Below are positions 35,936 through 45,131 of a DNA stretch of 64,000 nucleotides, one piece after another. The notes beneath the pieces are model-generated. The model was not told the origin of the DNA, ran no database searches, and worked only from the letters and a program-made list of their open reading frames with translations. Within the stretch, counting starts at the first letter, position 1, and every line of letters begins with the position of its first letter. This DNA comes from Hyphomonadaceae bacterium (GTDB taxonomy: Bacteria; Pseudomonadota; Alphaproteobacteria; Caulobacterales; Hyphomonadaceae): NCBI GenBank assembly GCA_947474455.1, contig CANJIL010000006.1, forward strand, positions 4,037 through 68,036. Reading direction: 5' to 3'. The position numbers were made by a program, and so were the translations under genes.

Positions 35936-38314
35936 TTGCCGGCCCACCGGAAATGCCGCATTAACGCGCTGGGAATAGTCTGCGCCCTGGGTTCTCCATC
36001 GCCATCGCGCCAGGGGCTTGTGACTTTGTCAGATACCACCGGGATCGACGCCGCGGCGTTGCTCGAGCAGCTTGGGGCGCTCGGCCTGGCGGCGATGCGT
36101 GTCGACGAGGACAATCAGGTTCGCGGTGCGAACGACGCTTTCCTGCACCTGACTGGCGTGGGCGCCGCGACAATGAACGGCGCCAGCCTCACCGAGTTTC
36201 TCGAATCCGCGTCCGCCGAGCACAAGTCGTATGGCGATGGCGTCGTCTATCGCTTCTCGCATGCCAGGGGCGACCGCTGGCTGCGGCCGAAGCGCGGGCG
36301 GGGGCAGGTCCACGGGGTTGTCATCTTTTCGGACGTCACGGCCGAGTGGTTGATGCTGGGCAAGCTGGTCGCCTCGATCGATGTACGCGACAGGCTGATG
36401 CGCGATGCGGATATCGGGATGTTCCGCTACAGCCCGGATGACAAGACCTTCCACTTCTCCGATGCTCTGGTGAAGCGTGGCGCACCGCCACCAGTCTCCC
36501 GGCTCGAGGAAAGTGTCAGGGATCTGCATCAGGACGACGTCGAGAAGGATGCGCAGGTGCGTGATCGGCTGACCGCCGAGGGCGGGACGGCCACGCTGCA
36601 CCTTCGACGCCGAAAGCCGGATGGCGCATGGCGGCACACGCTGGTGCAGTTCACATCGGGCCGGAAGCTGCCCTCAGGCAAGTTCGAAATCTTCGGGCTG
36701 TCGCAGAACATAACCGAGCTGGTCGATGCACGCGACCAGGCGGCGGTGATGCATGACCGCCTTGAGATCGCGATGTCTGCGGCGAACGCGGGGGTCTATG
36801 AGATCGACCTGCGCTCGTCAGAGCGCTGGACCTCGCCGCAGTATCAGGATCTGGCTGGCCCCGAAGCGTTGGCGCGCCATTCGACGCGCCCGTTCGGGAT
36901 GTACCACGACGACGACATTGCGGCGGTGCGCGAAAGCTGGGAGCGCTGTCTGCGGTCGCAGGGCGTCGAGTCGATCGATACGCGGCTCTACCGACCGAAC
37001 GGCGACGAGCAGTGGGTGCGTATGTTCATGCGCGTGCAGCGCAACGAGCACGGCGTCCCGGTGCGGGCCGTGGGCTTGATGCTGGATATACAGGAAGAGA
37101 AGCAGGCCGAGCTGGCGCTGCTCGAAGCCAAGCGGCAGGCCGAGGCGGCGACTGTCGCCAAGTCGAACTTCCTCGCTTCGATGAGCCACGAAATCCGAAC
37201 GCCGCTGAACGGCGTGCTCGGCATGGCGCAGTCGCTGGTGAATGACGGCTTGCTGAGGGACCAGCGCGAAAAGGTCGATGTGATCCTCGAGTCGGGCAAG
37301 ACGCTGACAGCGCTGCTGAACGATGTCCTCGACCTGTCGAAGATCGAGGCGGGCAAGATGGAGATCTCCTGCACCGATGGCGACCTGGTGCAGACATTCG
37401 AGCGCCTGCGCCAGCTGTTCCTTTCGAAGGCGGTGGAGCGCGGGCTCAACATCGATCTCGACATTGCGCCGGGAATGCCGGCGATGCTGAACTATGATCC
37501 GGTGCGCGTGCGGCAGTGCGTGGGCAACCTACTGTCCAACGCCATCAAGTTCACCGAGCGCGGCCATGTGAGGATGGCCGTGACATCCTCGGAAGTTATG
37601 CCCGGCCGGTGGGGGATCCGGGTGGCGGTCAGCGATACGGGCATCGGCATGACCGACGCCGTCCGGTCGCGACTATTCTCGACCTTCACCCAGGCGGATG
37701 CGACGATCACGCGGCGGTTCGGCGGCACCGGACTTGGCCTGGTGATCACGCGACAGCTCGCGCACCTCATGGGCGGAGACGTCGCCGTCGAAAGCGAGGC
37801 GGGCATAGGCTCGACCTTCACGCTGACGTTCATGGCGGATGCGGTGAATGAGACGGCGCCAGCGGCGCAACATGAACCGACGTTGCTTGCGCCGAATGAA
37901 ACGGCCATCAAGCGCCTGCGCGGCATCAAGATCCTGCTGGTGGACGACAACGCGGTGAACCGCCAGGTGGTGAAACTGTTCCTGGCGCAGCTTTCGCCGG
38001 TGTTCGTCGAGGCGGTGAACGGGCAGGAGGCGATCGACCGCCTGCATGGCGCGGCGTTCGATCTCGTGCTGCTCGATGTGCACATGCCGGTCATGGACGG
38101 CAAGGAAGCGATCCGGCACATCCGTGCGAGCCGCGAGGCTTGGCGCGACCTGCCAGTGATCGCACTGACGGCGGATGCGATGAGCGGCGACCGCGAGAAG
38201 TATCTGGCTCTCGGCATGTCGGATTATGTGTCCAAGCCGCTCGATCAGCGCGAACTCACGTCGAAGATCGAAGGCGTCATGGGCGTGCGGCCGCTGATCG
38301 CGCAGGCCGCTTAG
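35936..38314 (+). CDS. cytoplasmic hybrid sensor histidine kinase/response regulator with tandem PAS domains
   Basis: 792 aa with no obvious TM. PAS-like repeats, H-box FLASMSHEIRTPLNGV, NLLSNAIKFT, GGTGLGL, REC (ILLVDDNAVNRQV..DLVLLDVHMPVMDG). The true start may be the GTG at 36020. Confidence 0.88.
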   Translation: MPAHRKCRINALGIVCALGSPSPSRQGLVTLSDTTGIDAAALLEQLGALGLAAMRVDEDNQVRGANDAFLHLTGVGAATMNGASLTEFLESASAEHKSYGDGVVYRFSHARGDRWLRPKRGRGQVHGVVIFSDVTAEWLMLGKLVASIDVRDRLMRDADIGMFRYSPDDKTFHFSDALVKRGAPPPVSRLEESVRDLHQDDVEKDAQVRDRLTAEGGTATLHLRRRKPDGAWRHTLVQFTSGRKLPSGKFEIFGLSQNITELVDARDQAAVMHDRLEIAMSAANAGVYEIDLRSSERWTSPQYQDLAGPEALARHSTRPFGMYHDDDIAAVRESWERCLRSQGVESIDTRLYRPNGDEQWVRMFMRVQRNEHGVPVRAVGLMLDIQEEKQAELALLEAKRQAEAATVAKSNFLASMSHEIRTPLNGVLGMAQSLVNDGLLRDQREKVDVILESGKTLTALLNDVLDLSKIEAGKMEISCTDGDLVQTFERLRQLFLSKAVERGLNIDLDIAPGMPAMLNYDPVRVRQCVGNLLSNAIKFTERGHVRMAVTSSEVMPGRWGIRVAVSDTGIGMTDAVRSRLFSTFTQADATITRRFGGTGLGLVITRQLAHLMGGDVAVESEAGIGSTFTLTFMADAVNETAPAAQHEPTLLAPNETAIKRLRGIKILLVDDNAVNRQVVKLFLAQLSPVFVEAVNGQEAIDRLHGAAFDLVLLDVHMPVMDGKEAIRHIRASREAWRDLPVIALTADAMSGDREKYLALGMSDYVSKPLDQRELTSKIEGVMGVRPLIAQAA

Positions 38315-38479
38315 CGACACGATAAGTCCTGAATTGTACGAGTCTGGAACCCGAGGGAACTCAGTTCGTCCCTCACTGCAAGACATGTGGCTTTCAACAA
38401 TTTGAATTGAAGGACGGGCGCACGGCAGGGGCGGACGCCTGGCGGCCAACGTATGCCAAGCCGCAACCTGATATCGAAG

Positions 38480-38724
38480 CTAGAGGGCTTTTTCCCCGTC
38501 AGACATGAGCTGTGAACTGGCCTCAACCAGATAGTACGCAAGCGGATCAATCTCGACGCAGCCGACGCGTTGATCGGCGAAGGCGACAAACACACCTGTG
38601 TGGATCTGTTGGAGGGAGGATATCGTTGCGTGCACGCTTCGTGCTGGGAGGTTCGGGGCAGATCGTCAACTTCGCCCAGCCGGGCGACTTCCTTTGCTAC
38701 AAGGTGCTGATGTTCCAGAAATAG
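38480..38724 (+). pseudogene. relic of a Crp/Fnr-family regulator (cNMP-binding beta-roll only, frameshifted, no HTH)
   Basis: Own translation. One frame reads ..RKRINLDAADALIGEGDKHTCVDLLEGG; a second frame reads ISLRARFVLGGSGQIVNFAQPGDFLCY. These match the Crp pattern eGD..vy.v..G.v.l...G..QIv.f..pGDf. A stop follows and the DNA-binding domain is absent. Confidence 0.3.
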
Positions 38725-38786
38725 GAGTTTGACATCGTTGCGCGCAAGCGCTGTGGGAGCTGGAGACAAAGAGCCTTCATCGACGA

Positions 38787-39489
38787 CTAGGCCCGTCTCG
38801 CAATCAGCCAGCCGCCGTGATGGCCGCCATGGTTGGTGTGGCGCTTGACCACGTGGTCGAAGCCGGCAGCTGTCAGGCGCCGCATGACCTCGCTGAGCGA
38901 ATAATCGTACATGCGGATGAGGTGCGCCGCGTCGCCATCGGTCAGACGATCCAGGCGGCGGCGCAGATGCGAAAGAAGGCTGTTCTTCGGCGCGGCGCCG
39001 TCGCGCCATAAGGTGATCTGCAGGCTGAGGAAGCAGTCCGGCCCCGTGCGTGACAGGGCAAATTCGAGCTGGCGCCGTCCTTCATCGTGCGAGATGTGCT
39101 GGAACACGATGTAGGAATTGATCCACGCGAACGGTCCCGGCGGCAGTGTTGTCGAGAACTTCGCATTGGGCGGCAGCCTCGCAGCGGGCAATGGCCAGCA
39201 TGGGGTCTGCGACCTGCGAACCGGTTACAGCGGGCATCACTTTCGCGATTGCCATAGTGAGCCTGCCCACGCCGCAGCCGATATCAAGCGCGCGGCCGCT
39301 CGAGGGGCGCGCGCCGACATACTGGTCGAACCTGCCGAGCAGGCCTTCGATGTCGCCTACACCGGACGCATAGAAATCGCGGCGGCGTTCCCCTGTCATG
39401 ATGTCGGTCCGGAAATTCGGATTCGACAGCACGCCGAAAAACGGGTCGCGCTGGGCTATGATCTCCCAATCGTGCTTGTCGTGGTCCAC
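38787..39489 (-). pseudogene. class I SAM-dependent methyltransferase split by one frameshift (near 39176-39186)
   Basis: Track ORF 39082..39489 carries motif I ALDIGCGVGRLT and post-I DPMLAIAR. Track ORF 38787..39191 continues in another frame with PPNAKF..FAWINSYIVFQHI. The two overlap by 110 nt. Confidence 0.6.
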
Positions 39490-39498
39490 ATGCCGGCT

Positions 39499-40563
39499 CT
39501 ACGGCTTCAGCACGACGCGTCCGACGATCATGCCTTCGCGCAGCTGGTTGAGCGTGGCGTCGGCCTGATCGAGCGGGCGCATTTCCACGGGGATGGGCGC
39601 GATCCTGCCGGCGCGGACAAGCTCCATCATTTCGCGCGTTTCGCCGAGCGATCCGGTATAGGAGCCGACGATCGAGAAAGGGCGGCCTGAAAAGGCAGGG
39701 ATCGGCGCCGAGAATTTGCCGCCAAAAAGGCCGACCACAATGATCTCGCCGCCCCGGCGGATGGCGCCGTTGGCGAAGCTGAGCGAGGCCGTGGCGCCGA
39801 CAAAGTCGACCGCCGCGGCTGCACCGCCGCCGGTGTCGGCCTTCAACGTCTTCGTGATGCCGGCTTCACTTGTATTGTAGACGGCGTGTGCGCCGGCAGC
39901 CATCGCGGCGTCGAGTTTCTTCGGATCGATATCGCAGCCGATGATCCTGTTGTTCGGGAAGAGGGCGCGGGCGAATTGCAGGCCCATCATGCCCACGCCG
40001 CCGAGGCCGACGATGGCGATGCTCTCGCCCTCATAGGCGGTGCGGATCTTCTTGAGCGCGGAGAAGGCGGTGATGCCGGAACACATGTAGGTGGCGGCGA
40101 GGCCTGCCTGCACGCCCGTGGCGTCGAGCAGGTATTTCGGATGCGGGACGAGCACGTATTCGGAATAGCCACCGGCGACATGGATGCCGATCTGGCGCGG
40201 CTTGGAGCAGATGTGTTCCTGATCACGCTTGCACGCTGCGCACTCCCCGCAGCCGATCCAAGGAAAAACAACGACGCGCAGGCCCGGCTTGCGTCCTTCG
40301 AGCAGCGCTTTTGCGTCCGGACCGCTAGCGACGAGCGAGCCTTCGATCTCGTGGCCTAGCGTGTGGGGCAGCGGGCGGCCTTTGGTCCAGTCCATCTTGT
40401 CGCCATCGCCGAGGTCGACATGCCCGTCCTGCAGGTGCACGTCGGAATGACAGACGCCGCAATGACTGATCTTTACGAGGACTTCGGTTCCGGTCGGCGT
40501 CGGAATGTCAGAGGTGATTTCCTGTAGCGGCTCGCCATAGGCGATGATGGCTTGGCTTTTCAT
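39499..40563 (-). CDS. zinc-dependent alcohol dehydrogenase family protein
   Basis: 354 aa. CGVCHSD, GHEIEG, structural-Zn Cys cluster GCGECAACK, Rossmann IVGLGGVGMMG. Confidence 0.9.
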   Translation of the reverse strand: MKSQAIIAYGEPLQEITSDIPTPTGTEVLVKISHCGVCHSDVHLQDGHVDLGDGDKMDWTKGRPLPHTLGHEIEGSLVASGPDAKALLEGRKPGLRVVVFPWIGCGECAACKRDQEHICSKPRQIGIHVAGGYSEYVLVPHPKYLLDATGVQAGLAATYMCSGITAFSALKKIRTAYEGESIAIVGLGGVGMMGLQFARALFPNNRIIGCDIDPKKLDAAMAAGAHAVYNTSEAGITKTLKADTGGGAAAAVDFVGATASLSFANGAIRRGGEIIVVGLFGGKFSAPIPAFSGRPFSIVGSYTGSLGETREMMELVRAGRIAPIPVEMRPLDQADATLNQLREGMIVGRVVLKP

Positions 40564-40678
40564 GGCGCAGTCCTCCGCGGGTGACGTGCTGCGTTAGCAT
40601 GTGCGCGGCGGATGAGAATAGTTGCCAGAAAATGCGACGTGATCGCCGGGAGCGCCGGCGACCACGGTATAGGCCGCG

Positions 40679-40978
40679 TTAGCGGGATGTGACTGCGGGC
40701 TCGACAGCTGCGGGCTCGCTCTCGGCGCGCGTTGTGGGGAGGGCGCGCGGAGGAGGTCCAATGTACCGGAGCAGTTGGCGCACATGATCGTCCTGCGTCA
40801 ACGTTTCATCGGCGGACATGTTGAGCGGGACGTTCTGGGTCTCGGCAACCATAGGGGCGGGCGCGGGCGCGGCGTTTATGGTCCGCTGGTTCGAGGTCTG
40901 GGCGAAAGTGGGAGAAGAGAGCAGCACTGCGATGACGAGCGCAGCGCCAGTGGCGAGAATTGCATTCTTCATGGTCAT
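40679..40978 (-). CDS. small secreted protein, unknown function
   Basis: 99 aa. Signal peptide MTMKNAILATGAALVIAVLLSSPTFAQ, Pro/Ala-rich. GC3-rich codons. Confidence 0.45.
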   Translation of the reverse strand: MTMKNAILATGAALVIAVLLSSPTFAQTSNQRTINAAPAPAPMVAETQNVPLNMSADETLTQDDHVRQLLRYIGPPPRALPTTRAESEPAAVEPAVTSR

Positions 40979-41002
40979 CCCCGTTTACGAGTATGAACTA
41001 TC

Positions 41003-41532
41003 TCACCCGTGTGCGGCGGATTGCGGTAGCAAATTGGGGTGAAGCTGCGGCGAAAAATTAATTGCACAGCGCAGCGTTAATATGCGGGCATCGCTCTTGT
41101 CAGAGCTTTTCGTTGAAGTCGCGATTGAGCGTTGCCTGGCCGATGCGGATGACAGCGGCTTGCGGCTTGGCACGATGAGCAGTCTACGATCCTGCGCACC
41201 CATTACGCAGAGCACGTCGCGCGGACCTGACTGAATGAACAGCCAGGCGAGATCAAATCCTTGTGCAAGGCGTCTTCGGGCGTTTTGTCGTGAACAAAAT
41301 TGGCGCGAAAGGTTTCGGGGTTGGGCGGCAGGGGCCAGTTGTGCTCGGCGATCGTGCGGCTGTCCTCGATGATCAGGAAGTCGGTCGTCTTCTATGAAGC
41401 GACATAGCTGACCACTTCCTCCAACGCAGCCGCGTTCCATTGGCCGACTGGCGCAACGTGTTCGGCGGGCGCGGACGCGACGCAGGCCGACACCGCGAGG
41501 GCGGCGGCGAGTGCGGCGAGCGGTCTGCACAT
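41003..41532 (-). pseudogene. decayed lipoprotein/serine-hydrolase-like gene downstream of hisI
   Basis: Own translation from the ATG at 41532: MCRPLAALAAALAVSACVASAPA..WNAAALEEVVSYVAS, then TAG (41392-41394). It continues KTTDFLIIEDSRTIAEHNWPLPP.., and later pieces (VMGAQDRRLLIV, ILTLR) are in other frames. The resemblance to beta-lactamase-fold N-termini is weak. Confidence 0.35.
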
Positions 41533-41534
41533 GG

Positions 41535-41915
41535 TCAGCCTTCTTTCAGGCCTGCTGGCGAAGCGATGCGGTAGAAGCAGGAACGGCGGCCGGTGTGGCA
41601 GGCGGCGCCAGTCTGGCGGACTTTCAGGAGGACGGCGTCCTGATCGCAGTCGATGCGGATCTCGACGATGTGCTGCTCGTGGCCGGACGTGTCCCCCTTG
41701 CGCCAGAGCGCCCGGCGCGAGCGCGACCAGTAAACTGCGCGACGGGTGTCGATGGTGAGTTGCAAAGCCTCTGCGTTCATCCAGGCGAGCATGAGTACGT
41801 CGCCACTATCCGCATCCTGCGCGATGGCGGCGATGAGGCCATCAGCGTCGAACTTCGGGCGAAGCTCGACGGTCTCATCCTGGGCGGAGCTGGAAAGGGG
41901 CGGTGCGTAGGTCAT
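41535..41915 (-). CDS. hisI: phosphoribosyl-AMP cyclohydrolase
   Basis: 126 aa. [60 protein letters not shown]. Confidence 0.92.
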   Translation of the reverse strand: MTYAPPLSSSAQDETVELRPKFDADGLIAAIAQDADSGDVLMLAWMNAEALQLTIDTRRAVYWSRSRRALWRKGDTSGHEQHIVEIRIDCDQDAVLLKVRQTGAACHTGRRSCFYRIASPAGLKEG

Positions 41916-41966
41916 GCTGTCTCTTACGACGTGATGTTCAGAACGTGAAGCTTGTAAGCAATCGCC

Positions 41967-42875
41967 ATGAGACGGTTGATCCTGGGGATAGCAGCGGTTC
42001 CATTCGCGGCATGCGCGCTGGCGCCTCAGCCGACGTCATCAGCCAGCGGTTTCGCGTGTCCGCATGCGGGGTGGGGCCGCGGTCGGCTGGACGGGCTGAA
42101 AGCGGACGGGTTCGAAATCGCGAAGGAGGCGGAACGGCAGGCGTCTGCGAGGGCGGTCACGACATGTCTGGCGAACCCTGATCCGGCGTTGCGCGACGGG
42201 ATTGCTTTTGAAGCGCTGGCGCACATGCTGCGCGCGAAGGAGCTGAGCGATGAGACGAAGCGGGCATTGCTTGTTGATCTGACGAAGCGGCTGGCGGCGC
42301 CGGACCCGTCGGGATTCGAGCAGCCGTTTGCGGCGCTGGCGCTGTCGGAAGTGGTGCGAGCGGATAGGATCGAGGCGTTTCTGAGCGAGGATGAGCTGGT
42401 GAAGCTGCTGGTCGATGCGCAGCACTGGTTCATCAATGTGAGGGACTATCGCGGGCTCGATGGGCGCGAGGGCTGGCGGCATGGTGTGGCTCATGGGGCT
42501 GACCTGCTGATGCAGCTGACGCTCAACCCGCGGATCGATGCGGAAGGGCTACAGGTGATCGTGTCGGCAGTCGGGGTGCAGGCGGCGCCGAAAGGACATG
42601 CCTATGTGTTCGGCGAGAGCGAACGGCTGGCTCGGCCGATTCTGTTCGTGGCGGCGCGCGGGGTGATGGATGATGCGAAGTGGACCGAGTGGTTCAAGGC
42701 GATGGCGACCCCAGCACAAGGTCTCGATATTTATGGATCGCAGGAAGGGCTTGCCTGGAAACACAATACAGAGGCGTTCCTGAGGGCGCTGTACGTCGAT
42801 GTCACACTAGGCGACGATAGAGGGGACGACGTGATGTTATCCGGCTTGGGCGAAGCGCTGCGCAAGATGCCATAG
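41967..42875 (+). CDS. lipoprotein with helical-repeat domain (DUF2785-like, from memory)
   Basis: 302 aa. Lipobox [24 protein letters not shown].. and [12 protein letters not shown] resemble DUF2785. Unverified. Confidence 0.55.
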   Translation: MRRLILGIAAVPFAACALAPQPTSSASGFACPHAGWGRGRLDGLKADGFEIAKEAERQASARAVTTCLANPDPALRDGIAFEALAHMLRAKELSDETKRALLVDLTKRLAAPDPSGFEQPFAALALSEVVRADRIEAFLSEDELVKLLVDAQHWFINVRDYRGLDGREGWRHGVAHGADLLMQLTLNPRIDAEGLQVIVSAVGVQAAPKGHAYVFGESERLARPILFVAARGVMDDAKWTEWFKAMATPAQGLDIYGSQEGLAWKHNTEAFLRALYVDVTLGDDRGDDVMLSGLGEALRKMP

Positions 42876-42905
42876 GCTTGCGCGTGCTTATGGGGGAAGG
42901 GGTCT

Positions 42906-43328
42906 GTGGAGGATGGCTCGAATGACTATGTTCTCCTGCTGTCGCTCGCGACGCGCGAGGAGGCGGAAGTTGTCGCCGCGGCTTTTCGGGCGGATGGAGT
43001 CGACGCGTTCGTTGAGAGAACCAATCACCTGGGGATGGAATGGTTCTACGCACTTGCGCTGGGTGGCGTGAGGATCTTCGCGCCCAGAAGTCAGGCTGTT
43101 GAGAGCAAACAGCTGATACGTGAACGCATCGAGGAAAACGCGAATGCGTTCGCTGATGAACGCGTTGCACCACGTGACAGATGGAAAATCTGGTTGCTGA
43201 TCGCGTGGCTTTACGGCCTGCCATGGCTTTTGATGCTGATTGGATCTTGGTCGTGGCCTGAAGATGAGAAGCATCATCCCTTGGAATGGATCGGAGGCGT
43301 TACGCGCGCGCCGGTTTTACAGCGGTGA
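42906..43328 (+). CDS. DUF2007-like domain protein with C-terminal TM segment
   Basis: 140 aa. N-terminal YVLLLSLATREEAEVVAAAFRADGVDAFV (beta-alpha-beta 'putative signal transducing' pattern), then WKIWLLIAWLYGLPWLLMLIG. Confidence 0.5.
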   Translation: MEDGSNDYVLLLSLATREEAEVVAAAFRADGVDAFVERTNHLGMEWFYALALGGVRIFAPRSQAVESKQLIRERIEENANAFADERVAPRDRWKIWLLIAWLYGLPWLLMLIGSWSWPEDEKHHPLEWIGGVTRAPVLQR

Positions 43329-43431
43329 TCGCGTTGGCGGCATGGTCCGACGCCATGCCGTCATTCTGTCGCTGGAGCTAGCGTCCTTCGTCCGCTCTGC
43401 TAGTCTGGCGCTGTCAGCGTGGGGTGTTCGA

Positions 43432-44703
43432 GTGAAGCGTTTCGTGATCTGCTTCGACGGCACGTGGCAGAAGCTCAAGCAAGAGAAGCCAACCAATATC
43501 GCGATCATCGCCCGCAGCGTGGCGCATACGAACACGCTGGAGGATGGCCGCGAGATTCCACAGATCGTGATTTACAGCCCCGGCGTCGGGTCGAACATCG
43601 ACGCGCTTGGCAAGGACGGCTTCGTCGACGGCATGACGGAGTGGCTCAACAAGATGCTGGGCGGCGTCTTTGGCGAGGGGCTCGAGGACAATATCGTCGA
43701 GACCTATCTGCGGCTCGCTTTTAACTACGAAGCGGGCGACGAGATCTATGTGTTCGGGTTCAGCCGCGGTGCGTTCTGTGCGCGGAGTTTCACCGGCCTG
43801 ATCAGCAATGCAGGCATCGTCAGTCGCGTGCATGCGGAGCGTGCGTGGGATGCGTTCCGGCTTTATCGTTCGCGGCCGGGGCCGAATGCGAAGCAGTTCG
43901 AGCGTGATGACTATGATCGGGCGCGGCGGGAGTTCCGCAGGCTGTATGGCAAGGGCGTCAGGGCGGCGGATGGGACCCGCATCAAGTCGGATGAGCAGGT
44001 CAAGGTCGCGTATCTCGGCATCTTCGACACGGTTGGCCAACGCGGCATTCCGAGCGCGCTTGGCGGTTTTGCGCTGTCGGTGAACAAGCGCTTCGGCTTC
44101 CACGACATGATGATCGGTTCGAACGTACTGGCGGCGCGCCATGCCGTGTCCATCGATGAAAAGCGGTTGGGCTTTCCCCCGACGCTGTGGGAGGGCGTGG
44201 AGGAGGCGAACCAGCGGTCGCATTGCGTGACCGGGCGCATCCATTACCAGCAGCGCTGGTTCGTGGGGACGCATGGCGACATTGGCGGCGGGGAAGGATC
44301 GCCGCTGTCCGCTGCTCCGCTGAAATGGATCGCGGAAGGCGCGGCCGAATGCGGGCTGCGGTTTTACGCCAGGTATGGCGACGATGAATCGCCGTTGGAC
44401 CAGGCAGTCCGCGAGGCGGGGCAGATGTTCAAGGCGCGGATCTCGCAGCCGAAATTCTGGGATTCGCTGTCGCCGATGAACTATCCGGTTTATACGCGGC
44501 GCATCTGGGCGGCGAACGTGCGCAAGGAACAGCCGACGGCGGACTATGTCGCGCATGTGCTTGATCCCACTGTGAGCATGCGGGTGGCGGCGAAGGACCT
44601 GAGGCCGCGGTACAAGCCGGCGCCGCTGAAGCCGTTTGCGAGTATCCTGTACCCGCCGCCGCCGAAGGCGGCGAAGCGCGGGAAGGCGGAGAAGGCCAAG
44701 TAG
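43432..44703 (+). CDS. DUF2235-family alpha/beta hydrolase (Tle1-phospholipase-like domain)
   Basis: Track ORF 43240..44703. KRFVICFDGTWQK is the usual N-terminus of DUF2235, so the GTG at 43432 is preferred (ATG 43342 possible). Nucleophile elbow FGFSRGA; GxHxDIGGG motif as HGDIGGG. Confidence 0.8.
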   Translation: MKRFVICFDGTWQKLKQEKPTNIAIIARSVAHTNTLEDGREIPQIVIYSPGVGSNIDALGKDGFVDGMTEWLNKMLGGVFGEGLEDNIVETYLRLAFNYEAGDEIYVFGFSRGAFCARSFTGLISNAGIVSRVHAERAWDAFRLYRSRPGPNAKQFERDDYDRARREFRRLYGKGVRAADGTRIKSDEQVKVAYLGIFDTVGQRGIPSALGGFALSVNKRFGFHDMMIGSNVLAARHAVSIDEKRLGFPPTLWEGVEEANQRSHCVTGRIHYQQRWFVGTHGDIGGGEGSPLSAAPLKWIAEGAAECGLRFYARYGDDESPLDQAVREAGQMFKARISQPKFWDSLSPMNYPVYTRRIWAANVRKEQPTADYVAHVLDPTVSMRVAAKDLRPRYKPAPLKPFASILYPPPPKAAKRGKAEKAK

Positions 44704-44922
44704 GACGCGCGGGCGCGTTCTCGCAGGTGGGCGTGTCGGGGGATTTGGTTTGGGTGCGCCTTGGGGCGCTGGGGTGGGCGCGGACCTGTCCCAGCTCAGC
44801 CCGACTTTCGCCGGGACGAGCGGAACGGTGAGCTCGCGTTTCCCGTGCTGGGCCAGCCGGGATTCTCGGCACAAGGCCGCGATCGAGCCCCGGGGGCGTG
44901 CTTGGGGTGCTGTTTTTCACCA

Positions 44923-45014
44923 TTCCCGCTGGCGCGAAACGGAGAGCGGGAAGCCAGAGGTTGCGGCCTTGGTCCCTGGGTTCCCGCTCGAGGCCCTTCA
45001 GGCTTCGGCGGGAA
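44923..45014. repeat. two copies of palindromic unit TTCCCGC-N-GCGGGAA within a 430-bp gene-free stretch
   Basis: TTCCCGCT-N14-AGCGGGAA (44923-44952) and TTCCCGC-N20-GCGGGAA (44981-45014). A third copy lies at 52744-52775. Confidence 0.45.
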
Positions 45015-45131
45015 AGACGGGTGAGGCGGAGACGAAGACAGGCGCCCCAGTTTGTGCAGCTTACGTTCGTGTTCAAGTCGGTAAGGTCAACACGGCCGCT
45101 GAGCTTTCGCGCCTTGCTGAAAGCGTGACGC

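Noticed and set aside
38393-38406. 14-bp palindrome TTCAA-CAAT-TTGAA just upstream of the Crp relic, considered as an FNR/Crp box.
   Set aside because: The half-sites are in everted order (TCAA..TTGA) relative to the TTGAT-N4-ATCAA consensus, so it is not a canonical Crp/FNR site.
38311-39009. 232-aa minus-strand ORF spanning the Crp-relic region and the methyltransferase 3' part.
   Set aside because: It is out of frame with the methyltransferase motifs, and its composition is dominated by Arg/Pro/Ser. It is explained as a shadow frame.
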